From NCBI RefSeq assembly GCF_001545095.1, contig NZ_CP013213.1, positions 1,350,001 to 1,382,000 on the forward strand: DNA of 32,000 nt. The letters are read 5' to 3'. Below are positions 17,762 through 25,230 of this stretch, piece after piece. Source of the stretch: Erysipelothrix larvae (GTDB lineage: Bacteria > Bacillota_I > Bacilli_A > Erysipelotrichales > Erysipelotrichaceae). The notes beneath the pieces are model-generated. The model did not search any database and was not told the origin of the DNA. It saw only the letters and a program-made list of their open reading frames with translations. The position numbers and the translations under genes were made by a program. Each line of letters opens with the position of its first letter. Position 1 is the first letter of the stretch.

Positions 17762-18241
17762 TCATCGTTCCTTATTAGATTGAGTCCCTATATAAACATG
17801 TTTTTTGATTTCTTGGATATCATTGTGACTACAAACCATCCCAAGGTATTCAAGACCATAAAGATGTGCGAAGCGTTTGATGGTATATTCGCCTGCTTCA
17901 AGCATCCACGGCTCAGGTGCTTCACCTTGAAATACAAAGATAAGTTTTCGACCTTTTAGCGCATCTTTTCGAACGGGTCCATAAAAGCGTTAGAATAGCG
18001 TCCGTATTGATCCACAAATGTTGTGCCAGTATACTGGTGAACCAATCACAATTGTATCGGCTTCTTTCATTTTGTTGTATACATCACTAAATTGATCACC
18101 GGATAAAGTTTGTCCATAGACACTGATGCGATAATCAGGTAACATCAATGTTTCAAACTCTATATTTTTGAGTAATAAGTGTGTGAGATAATAAGTTTGT
18201 CCGTTTTTATTGGGACTGCCATTAATGAATAGTGTTTTCAT
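17762..18241 (-). pseudogene. Flavodoxin-like / NADPH-dependent FMN reductase family gene interrupted by one in-frame TAA
   Basis: N-terminal part is MKTLFINGSPNKNGQT...IVIGSPVYWHNICGSIRTLF, ending at a stop at 17990-17992. The same frame continues RFYGPVRKDALKGRKLIFVFQGEAPEPW... to TGA at 17762-17764. Confidence 0.7.
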
Positions 18242-18393
18242 AAAAGTTCCTTTCCATAGACCACTCTTTCATTTACTTGGAAATGCTATGAGTCATTCAT
18301 CACATATCGATGTCTCCTACATCCTAAGTAACTTAAATTCACTAAATCATTTAGACTCGATTCGAAGTCACGCATTTATTGGTGATTGATTAT

Positions 18394-18423
18394 AAAAAAC
18401 AGCTCTAAGTGGGCTGTTTTTTT
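18394..18423 (-). terminator. Rho-independent terminator after patB
   Basis: AAAAAACAGCTC-TAAGT-GGGCTGTTTTTTT. On the minus strand the hairpin is followed by a U-run. It abuts the stop codon at 18422. Confidence 0.6.
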
Positions 18424-19594
18424 AGGTGTGATTACTTTGATAGTGTGTGAGTGCTTTAATAAACCGTGATATACCATCCTCTAGTATCGTTTTAGGACAG
18501 GCGTAGTTCCATCGAATGAATTGGTCGCCATTTCCCCCAAAGATGTGTCCTGCTGATAAGTAAAGTCCGGTTTCTTTTCGAATATAATCGCACAGTGCTT
18601 GTGTGTCATCTGTGATATTAGAACAATCCAACCATGCAAGATAGGTCGCTTCTGATTGTATGATTTTAAGTTCACTAAATGCGCTTGTGATTGCTTGAGT
18701 GAGTGTTTCGCGATTTTCTTGTAAGATCATTAGTAACTCATTTAACCATGGTTCACCGTGATTAAACGCTGCCTCACAGGCTTGAATCGCGAAGGTATTG
18801 GGTTCAGCAACTTCATCAGTATTAATTCCTCGATGAACCTGTTTACGAACCGTTTCATTTGCGACCACAATTGCGGATGTTTGAAGTCCAGCAAGGTTGA
18901 ATGTTTTTGTTGGTGAAATACAGGTTATGGTGTTTTGTGAAATGTCATGTGAGATTGATGCCATGGGTGTATACGTGTATTCTGGGTGTGTGAGATCACA
19001 GTGTATTTCGTCGCTGATTATTAGGACTTTATGTTTAATGCATAAATCTCCGACTTTCTTGAGTGTCTCTTTATCCCAGACTTTCCCAATTGGATTGTGT
19101 GGATTGCAAAAGATGAGCAATGTAGACTTTGGATCACTGAGTTTTGCTTCTAAGTCTTCAAAGTTAATTGAGTATGTTTCATTTTGATAATTAAGCTTGC
19201 TTTCAACAACAATGCGATTGTTGTTGATAATTGAGTTGTAGAATATATTGTAGACTGGTGAGAGTACGATGACATGTTCTTGGGGTTGTGTCATTTTTCG
19301 TACAATTGAAGAGATCGCAGGAACCACACCACTACAAAACATAACCCACTTGGGATCGATATCCCAATGGTGCCGTTTCTTCCACCACTTAGCAACACTG
19401 TCATAAAAGGATTGGGGCACAATATTATACCCAAACGCGTCTTGATGGGTACGGTTTAAAATGGCTTGTGTAATTGCGGGTGCAGTTTTAAAATCCATAT
19501 CAGCCACCCACATAGGAAGCTCATGGTCTTCAACATCCCATTTATATGAATGAGTCCCTTTACGATTAACAGGGGTTTTAAAGTCAAAGTTCAT
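18422..19594 (-). CDS. patB: MalY/PatB family PLP-dependent C-S lyase (cystathionine beta-lyase type)
   Basis: Family-typical N-terminus FDFKTPVNRKGTHSYKWD. Class I/II aminotransferase core SPTKTFNLAGL includes the PLP lysine. Its ATG overlaps the DUF3737 stop (ATGA at 19591-19594). Confidence 0.85.
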   Translation of the reverse strand: MNFDFKTPVNRKGTHSYKWDVEDHELPMWVADMDFKTAPAITQAILNRTHQDAFGYNIVPQSFYDSVAKWWKKRHHWDIDPKWVMFCSGVVPAISSIVRKMTQPQEHVIVLSPVYNIFYNSIINNNRIVVESKLNYQNETYSINFEDLEAKLSDPKSTLLIFCNPHNPIGKVWDKETLKKVGDLCIKHKVLIISDEIHCDLTHPEYTYTPMASISHDISQNTITCISPTKTFNLAGLQTSAIVVANETVRKQVHRGINTDEVAEPNTFAIQACEAAFNHGEPWLNELLMILQENRETLTQAITSAFSELKIIQSEATYLAWLDCSNITDDTQALCDYIRKETGLYLSAGHIFGGNGDQFIRWNYACPKTILEDGISRFIKALTHYQSNHT

Positions 19595-20439
19595 ATAGTT
19601 TCTCCTTGTGTTATGTATTCAGTATCGTTTGGATTCAGTGTTTCATCATCTGTAATGAGTGTATCAATTCCATAAGATCGGATGATTCCAGAAAGAGGGT
19701 TTTTAACACTGTCAACTGTGCTCTTTATCGTTGCATCGACGCGTGAGTATTCAAAGGCTAAATCAGTATGGGTTATGACACAATCAATGAGTTTAACGTT
19801 ATCCATATAACACAAGCCTTGTTCACTTTCGATAAAGCAGTTTTTGAAGGTTATGTTCTTTGAATTCCAACCTAAGTACTCTCCAATGATGGTTGAGTCT
19901 TCAACAATCACATCTTCACAGTTCCAAAATGCATCTTTTGAGATGATCTGGGCGTCTTTAATATGGACATTCTTTGCACCATCAAAGCTATAGTTCCCAT
20001 TTATTGAGAAGTTATGTACCGTCATGTTTTCGCTGTTCATTGCGAAGTAATCACCGACTGCATTAACATTGTTTAGTACAATATCTTTGCAGTGCCACAG
20101 TGTTTCTAATCCGTGAGGAATCTGCACATTGTCAAGGGTAATCTGTGATGATCGTCTGAATGTTTTAGGTGCTGCGATGATACTATCCTTGATTGATATG
20201 GTATGGGTATACCATATCCCAGAGCGTGCTGATTCAGTGAGTGTTAGATTGGATGCTTCAATGTTTTGTGCATACCAAAGCGGGTATTTCCATCTGAAGA
20301 TATCATGATTAAGTTTGATATCTTTACTTTCTTTTAGTGGCGATTCCCCCGCTTCAAATACTGATTGTGAAATGCTGATATTGCGTGCTTTGAATAAAGC
20401 CCGTTCCCCTGTAAATACCTGTTGATTGATTGTTTCCAT
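19591..20439 (-). CDS. DUF3737 family protein (predicted right-handed beta-helix)
   Basis: 282 aa with a GGAGG SD. The pattern GERALF...ESPLKESKDI...WKYPLWY...FRR plus repeated short beta-turn units matches DUF3737 as I remember it. Confidence 0.6.
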   Translation of the reverse strand: METINQQVFTGERALFKARNISISQSVFEAGESPLKESKDIKLNHDIFRWKYPLWYAQNIEASNLTLTESARSGIWYTHTISIKDSIIAAPKTFRRSSQITLDNVQIPHGLETLWHCKDIVLNNVNAVGDYFAMNSENMTVHNFSINGNYSFDGAKNVHIKDAQIISKDAFWNCEDVIVEDSTIIGEYLGWNSKNITFKNCFIESEQGLCYMDNVKLIDCVITHTDLAFEYSRVDATIKSTVDSVKNPLSGIIRSYGIDTLITDDETLNPNDTEYITQGETI

Positions 20440-20465
20440 CTTTTACCTCCAGCGATTTTGTGTAT

Positions 20466-21656
20466 TTATGCTTGTAAATCTGAAATGATTTCAGGTTTTG
20501 TGCGCGTCATTAACTTACTCCGTCCAACGATAATGAGCATCAGCGTTGCGAAGATTGTGATAAGAACTATGTTAATGATATAGGTAATACCATGGTTTGT
20601 AATAATACCGACCGATAAACTTGCACCCAATGCTGAACCAAGTTGAACCATTGACGCATTAAGTGCAAGAATAAAACTTGACTTGTTTTGCGTTGCTTGT
20701 GCAATTCCGGTATTGATTTGTAATCCAATAAACCATGATGTACCGAGCCATAAAAGGACACCTACTAAATTAAGCCATCCTAGGTTTTGGATTAATGAGA
20801 GCGCAATTACATTGATGCATTGGATTGAAACACCCATTAGCATTGATTTTTTGTAGCCGAGTTTATCAGATACTTGACCCCCAATATAATTACCCGTAAA
20901 ACATGCAACACCAATCAAAACGAGAATGAGGCTCATGGATGCTTCAATGTTGGGTACAACATCGATGAGATAAGGCGTTAAGAAGGTATTCAATGCTCCC
21001 ATTCCCACAAAGATAACAAGTGTTGAAATAAGTACCGTCAGTGTCTCCCGATCCTTCATTAAGATAAGTTCGTTTTTAAGTTTAATGCCTTCTTGCGTTT
21101 GATTTTGACTTTTTAGATACGTGATGAAATATACAAGACACAGCGTCATAATTCCTGCCATAATTGTGAATATTTCACGCCATCCTAATATTGAAGATAA
21201 CGCACGGGTTGCGGGGACACCAATTACAAGTGCAGTAGCATTCCCTGCAATTAGTAAAGCCATGGTTCGTCCTTGGCGGTTTTTATCTGAAAGTGAGACG
21301 ACTACTGATATTGCAAGGACGTTGTATGTGTTGGCACTCACCCCTGACATAAATCGGATGATTAAAAGTTGAGTAAAGTCTTGAGTTAATACAAGTCCAA
21401 GTGTGAGTAAGATTGTAGTGAGTAACATTACCTTCAGTAGTTTGACACGATCTATTTTGTGAAACAGAATGAGGGATACAGGCACTCCAAATGCACCGCC
21501 GTATGCAAACATTGTATTGAGTAGTCCTGTATTCGCAACCGATATATTTAATGAATCAGCAACTTGGTCAATGATTCCATTAAATACGGAAGCATTCATT
21601 GCGAGTATAAAACTCATGACTGCGAACATGAGTATTGTAGTTGAGCTTTTCTTCAT
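20466..21656 (-). CDS. MFS transporter
   Basis: 396-aa ORF with about 12 TM segments. AAGGAG SD. It is the first gene of the MFS-DUF3737-patB operon. Confidence 0.8.
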   Translation of the reverse strand: MKKSSTTILMFAVMSFILAMNASVFNGIIDQVADSLNISVANTGLLNTMFAYGGAFGVPVSLILFHKIDRVKLLKVMLLTTILLTLGLVLTQDFTQLLIIRFMSGVSANTYNVLAISVVVSLSDKNRQGRTMALLIAGNATALVIGVPATRALSSILGWREIFTIMAGIMTLCLVYFITYLKSQNQTQEGIKLKNELILMKDRETLTVLISTLVIFVGMGALNTFLTPYLIDVVPNIEASMSLILVLIGVACFTGNYIGGQVSDKLGYKKSMLMGVSIQCINVIALSLIQNLGWLNLVGVLLWLGTSWFIGLQINTGIAQATQNKSSFILALNASMVQLGSALGASLSVGIITNHGITYIINIVLITIFATLMLIIVGRSKLMTRTKPEIISDLQA

Positions 21657-22020
21657 GGGTTCTCCTTAGTGACTGTGCATGGTTGATTTCACATGCGTAG
21701 TGTGGTACGTCAATTTATGAATAGGGTTCCACTGATTCACAGTCTACACGATAGAGTTCGCTCTAAGTCAAGGTGTAGTAAGACAATTGAAAATTAATTT
21801 CATCGTTTACGCATAATCGTCGCTAATTATGAATTATTTTATGGATCGACCCATTTCTTCTTATCATAGGTTTTTGGAGTAATAATCATGATCAATTGGT
21901 TAGCATGACATTGTGATGCGATTGTTTACATTTTATGTGTTCAATCAATTTAGATCGCTTTTGACACATAAGGGATTTTATTTAGGATGGAAGGTTGTTG
22001 ATTACCTTTGACAGTTGGTT

Positions 22021-22046
22021 AAAAAAAAAGAGTCTTTTGGACTCTT
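22021..22046 (-). terminator. Rho-independent terminator after the DAACS symporter gene
   Basis: Minus strand reads AAGAGTC-CAAAA-GACTCTT followed by a U-run (A-run 22021-22029 on plus). It begins 2 nt after the stop codon. Confidence 0.8.
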
Positions 22047-22047
22047 C

Positions 22048-23313
22048 TTAGTGGCTCATTTGAGCATCTACAATAACGGCTGCTGTCGCAGCACCTGTAA
22101 CATTAGTTGCTGTGCGTGCCATATCAACGAGGGCTGATATTGGTGCAAGAACGACGATGATTTCAATGGGTAATCCTGCAGCTGTAAGGACTGCTGTTGC
22201 GGAAATGGTAGCAGTTCCTGGGACACCTGCTGTACCGAAGGATACGATAATTGAGTATACAATTAGCAGTACATATTGTATTGGTGTAAATGGGATGTTA
22301 AGCGCGTTGATACTAAAGATTGCTAGGAGCATTGGCCACATACCTGTACATCCTGGCATTCCAGTATTCGCACCCAATCCGGATACAAAAGATGCGACAT
22401 CTTCCTTAACATCGAGTTTATGAATCAAGCGTTCAACAGTTACGGGTACTGTACCAATACTGCTTTGGGATGTAAAAGCAACCACTTGTGCTTCAAAGAT
22501 TCCTTTGAAGAATTTGATAGGGTTCATTTTTCCAAATAGCAAAACCAGTGTTCCATGAACAAGATAGGTTTGAATCATACTGATACCATATGCAATCAAT
22601 ATAATGGAAACAAAGGTTGTGAGATCTTTAGCACTATCCCTAGTCACAACATTCGCAATAAATGCCACAACCGCATACGGTGTGAGTTTGATAATTGATT
22701 TCACAATTTGTCCGATTAAGGCATTCATTGCTTCCGCAAAATCAATCAGTATCTTCCCTTGTGTTTCGTTTTTTGTATTGATATGAACCAAAGCTATTCC
22801 AACCATGATTGCGAAGATGATGATAGGAATCACTTGATTACTTGCAGCATGTTCAACGATATTGGATGGGAAGAAGGATACCAAGGTTTCAATGATGGTT
22901 GGTACTTCTTTTGCAGTTGCATCGGTTGGTAATGTCAGATTAAATCCTGATCCAACCTTTAAAGATCCTGCAATGATTAAGGTTAAGGTACTTGCAAGAA
23001 ATGTATTAAGGAGTAACCAAAATAAACTTCTCAGTCCCAATGATTTTAAGCGTTCAAGGTTATTAAGCTTTGAAATACTGTGAATAATACTAAATAGTAG
23101 TAGTGGTACAACAATGGCACTGATAAGGCGTGTAAAGATGGTTCCAAATATTGAAACATATTCAGTATGTCCTTGGAATGCAAATCCAAGGATTAAACCA
23201 AATAGCATCGCAAAGATCGTTCTTAATCCAAAGTTAACGTGTTTCTTTTCAAATTGATATAATATCCAAAATATAGCCAGCGCAACGGCTAAAGCAATCC
23301 ATGATAAATTCAT
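22048..23313 (-). CDS. Dicarboxylate/amino acid:cation symporter (DAACS/SDF family), possibly TcyP-like L-cystine transporter
   Basis: 421-aa polytopic ORF with the SDF hallmark FTSQSSIGTVPV and C-terminal hairpin regions. The N-terminal extra TM followed by KKHVNFGLR resembles TcyP-type members from memory. No obvious SD precedes its ATG. Confidence 0.85.
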   Translation of the reverse strand: MNLSWIALAVALAIFWILYQFEKKHVNFGLRTIFAMLFGLILGFAFQGHTEYVSIFGTIFTRLISAIVVPLLLFSIIHSISKLNNLERLKSLGLRSLFWLLLNTFLASTLTLIIAGSLKVGSGFNLTLPTDATAKEVPTIIETLVSFFPSNIVEHAASNQVIPIIIFAIMVGIALVHINTKNETQGKILIDFAEAMNALIGQIVKSIIKLTPYAVVAFIANVVTRDSAKDLTTFVSIILIAYGISMIQTYLVHGTLVLLFGKMNPIKFFKGIFEAQVVAFTSQSSIGTVPVTVERLIHKLDVKEDVASFVSGLGANTGMPGCTGMWPMLLAIFSINALNIPFTPIQYVLLIVYSIIVSFGTAGVPGTATISATAVLTAAGLPIEIIVVLAPISALVDMARTATNVTGAATAAVIVDAQMSH

Positions 23314-23329
23314 TATTTTTCTTTTAATT

Positions 23330-23362
23330 GATATACAGGTTCAATAGCTTTATCTGTATATC
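23330..23362 (-). other. Perfect 9-bp hairpin in the symporter leader
   Basis: GATATACAG (23330-23338) pairs with CTGTATATC (23354-23362) around a 15-nt loop. It ends 16 nt upstream of the symporter ATG. No U-run follows. Confidence 0.5.
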
Positions 23363-23379
23363 TTCTCTCTTTCTATGTC

Positions 23380-23403
23380 AAAAAAAAAGACACAAGTCGT
23401 GTC
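23380..23403 (-). terminator. Leader terminator / attenuator hairpin with U9
   Basis: Minus strand reads GACAC-GACTT-GTGTC (23403-23389) followed by nine U (A-run 23380-23388 on plus). It lies between the Cys-rich uORF and the symporter start. The stem is short (5 bp). Confidence 0.5.
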
Positions 23404-23432
23404 AATGTGTAAAATGGTATTCATAAATGGTT

Positions 23433-23510
23433 TTACCCACAACATCGACATGATAAAAATAATTGATTTATTCTCCCCTTTTCATAACATATACAATCTA
23501 ACATTCTCAT
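23433..23510 (-). CDS. 25-codon cysteine-rich upstream ORF (candidate leader peptide) MRMLDCICYEKGRINQLFLSCRCCG
   Basis: The strongest SD in the region (AAGGGAGGA, 23516-23524) lies 5-6 nt before ATG 23510. TAA is at 23433-23435. The peptide has 5 Cys in 25 residues, and 3 of the last 5 codons are TGT. Confidence 0.45.
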   Translation of the reverse strand: MRMLDCICYEKGRINQLFLSCRCCG

Positions 23511-23523
23511 GATTGTCCTCCCT

Positions 23524-23547
23524 TAAGCATATAAACATATATGCTTA
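23524..23547. promoter_or_regulatory. Perfect 10-bp inverted repeat (operator or 5' UTR hairpin) abutting the uORF SD
   Basis: TAAGCATATA-AACA-TATATGCTTA. Its minus-strand 3' arm ends on the first A of AAGGGAGG. Confidence 0.4.
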
Positions 23548-23740
23548 CTTAGGTTAACATAAGGCATCAATGTTTTCAATGAAGATGCTCACTGATACAT
23601 TTTCATTTCTTATGGTTCATGATACTGTTGTGATCGTTTATTTTCTGGGTAGATGTTGTGAAACAGGCACAGAGTTGGTATGATTCTAATGAGAAAACAA
23701 GTAAAACTTTATCTATGGTTTCTTGAATCACGGAGGGAAT

Positions 23741-25150
23741 ATGAAAACAATGGAAAATTGCACGATGTATCTTAAGGCTGCGGTGAATCTGTATGGTCTT
23801 TTGACTTACCAACAATTTGTGGATGTTTATAATCATTATGAAAAAACATCGGTTACAATTTCTGATTTTAAAGGGTTTATACTAGAGAATCTGGCGTTTT
23901 TTGATGAGTCTAATATTCTATATCATGATTTGCTGGGTGTCCCTTGGTTTTTTAACGAGATTGATGAATCAATGATTGATGATTTTTTATCTGACCGTTC
24001 TACAATCAAGCCCTATTTGCCAGAGAAACAGGAATTCTTAAAGTATACGAGTTCTTCGTATCACCAAGAAAGCGACGCGTATCAAAATTTGAAGCATATT
24101 GTCAAGATATGTTGTTTACAATCAGAAATTGATAACCCTGATATCATTGATGATATTGTTGATGACGCATTTGCGGACATACAAGTTGGTGCCAAAATGA
24201 CCCCCTTCTTTGATTGGATTTTTGCCTGTCTTGAAGGAGTCGTTGAAGAACAGAGCATGAATGTTACTTTTGCAGCAATTCAGGTCATTGATCATGTACG
24301 GTCTTTTCACATCTTTGGTAATACCTTAGTTGAAATTGGAGGTTCTTTTATGGATTACCTAAAAGAATATCAAACCGCCCAGCAATTAGGGCCGCGTTAC
24401 CAATACATTGAGACATCGAAACCTGCACGTAAATCTGAAATTAAAATCATTGAATATGCTACAGCGGCTTCTAATTTATATGGTGTGATTAGCATTCAAG
24501 ACTTTGTTGAGTTGTATAACCATTATGAGAAAAAGCCCATTACTGTTGAGTATGCAAATTCGGTGTTTGAATCGACTGGTCCCCTAGCTTTTTACGCTCA
24601 CGAAAAAAACATCCAGAGTTATTTATTTGATCCAAAGGATGATGAGAGTTATGAGGAGGTTAAAACAATCGTAACAAATCAGTTTGGTATGTCGCGATAT
24701 GTTCCTTCAAAAAAAGAATTCTTGAAGTATGTGTCAGCGGAGTATTTAGAACCCACGCTTCCATATCAATCGTTCAAGAAATTTCTAATGGAACATAAGC
24801 TTTTGAATAAAAAGAATGAATTTTATTATGATTTATGCATTGAAGAAATTCATGAGGCTGTCTTAGTTGGCTGGTCTTTTAGCGATATTATTGACTATCT
24901 TCGTGAAAGAATTGTCCCCATTGATTCTGATGAAGTTGAATTGGAACTTTATCATCTTCTGATTAATATAATGAATAACACCCGTCTATTTTCATCCAAT
25001 GGACATACACCAAATGAACGTGGAAAAATGACGTTTAATTTAGATATTAATGAAATACAAAACGACCAGTTTGTCAATGCTTCGCGTAATAAACCCTGTC
25101 CATGTGGTAGCGGTAAAAAGTATAAGAACTGTCATGGTAAGTTGAACTAG
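23741..25150 (+). CDS. SEC-C motif protein with an internal tandem duplication
   Basis: C-terminal CPCGSGKKYKNCHG is a SEC-C metal-binding motif. Two homologous modules of about 190 aa are visible (NLYG..FV.YNHYEK, P.K.EFLKY). ATG 23741 is preceded by GGAGGG. The track start at 23723 is TTG. Confidence 0.7.
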   Translation: MKTMENCTMYLKAAVNLYGLLTYQQFVDVYNHYEKTSVTISDFKGFILENLAFFDESNILYHDLLGVPWFFNEIDESMIDDFLSDRSTIKPYLPEKQEFLKYTSSSYHQESDAYQNLKHIVKICCLQSEIDNPDIIDDIVDDAFADIQVGAKMTPFFDWIFACLEGVVEEQSMNVTFAAIQVIDHVRSFHIFGNTLVEIGGSFMDYLKEYQTAQQLGPRYQYIETSKPARKSEIKIIEYATAASNLYGVISIQDFVELYNHYEKKPITVEYANSVFESTGPLAFYAHEKNIQSYLFDPKDDESYEEVKTIVTNQFGMSRYVPSKKEFLKYVSAEYLEPTLPYQSFKKFLMEHKLLNKKNEFYYDLCIEEIHEAVLVGWSFSDIIDYLRERIVPIDSDEVELELYHLLINIMNNTRLFSSNGHTPNERGKMTFNLDINEIQNDQFVNASRNKPCPCGSGKKYKNCHGKLN

Positions 25151-25170
25151 GATAGCTAAGATAATCTAAT

Positions 25171-25228
25171 AAAAAAAACGAGTAGATCCATTGAGACGTG
25201 TTCTCATGATCTGCTCGTTTTCTTTATT
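25171..25228 (+). terminator. Long hairpin terminator between convergent genes
   Basis: 11-bp stem ACGAGTAGATC/GATCTGCTCGT with one G:U pair valid on the plus strand. It is followed by TTTCTTTATTT. The upstream A8 could also allow minus-strand function. Confidence 0.6.
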
Positions 25229-25230
25229 TG

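Noticed and set aside
17990-17992. An alternative genetic code or programmed recoding as the explanation for the in-frame TAA in the flavodoxin-like gene.
   Set aside because: TAA terminates several well-supported neighbouring genes, such as those ending at 3446, 9117 and 22048. No recoding signal is evident, so a nonsense mutation or sequencing error is the simpler explanation.
21657-22019. A possible S-box (SAM) riboswitch or T-box leader upstream of the patB operon.
   Set aside because: I could not find the conserved S-box core or the T-box sequence (AANNNGGGTGGTACCGCG-like). Only short generic helices are present. A covariance-model scan is needed to be certain.
23603-23836. A 77-aa minus-strand ORF spanning the SEC-C gene start and the divergent promoter region.
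   Set aside because: It has no SD, overlaps the start of a better-supported gene on the other strand, and has low-complexity composition.
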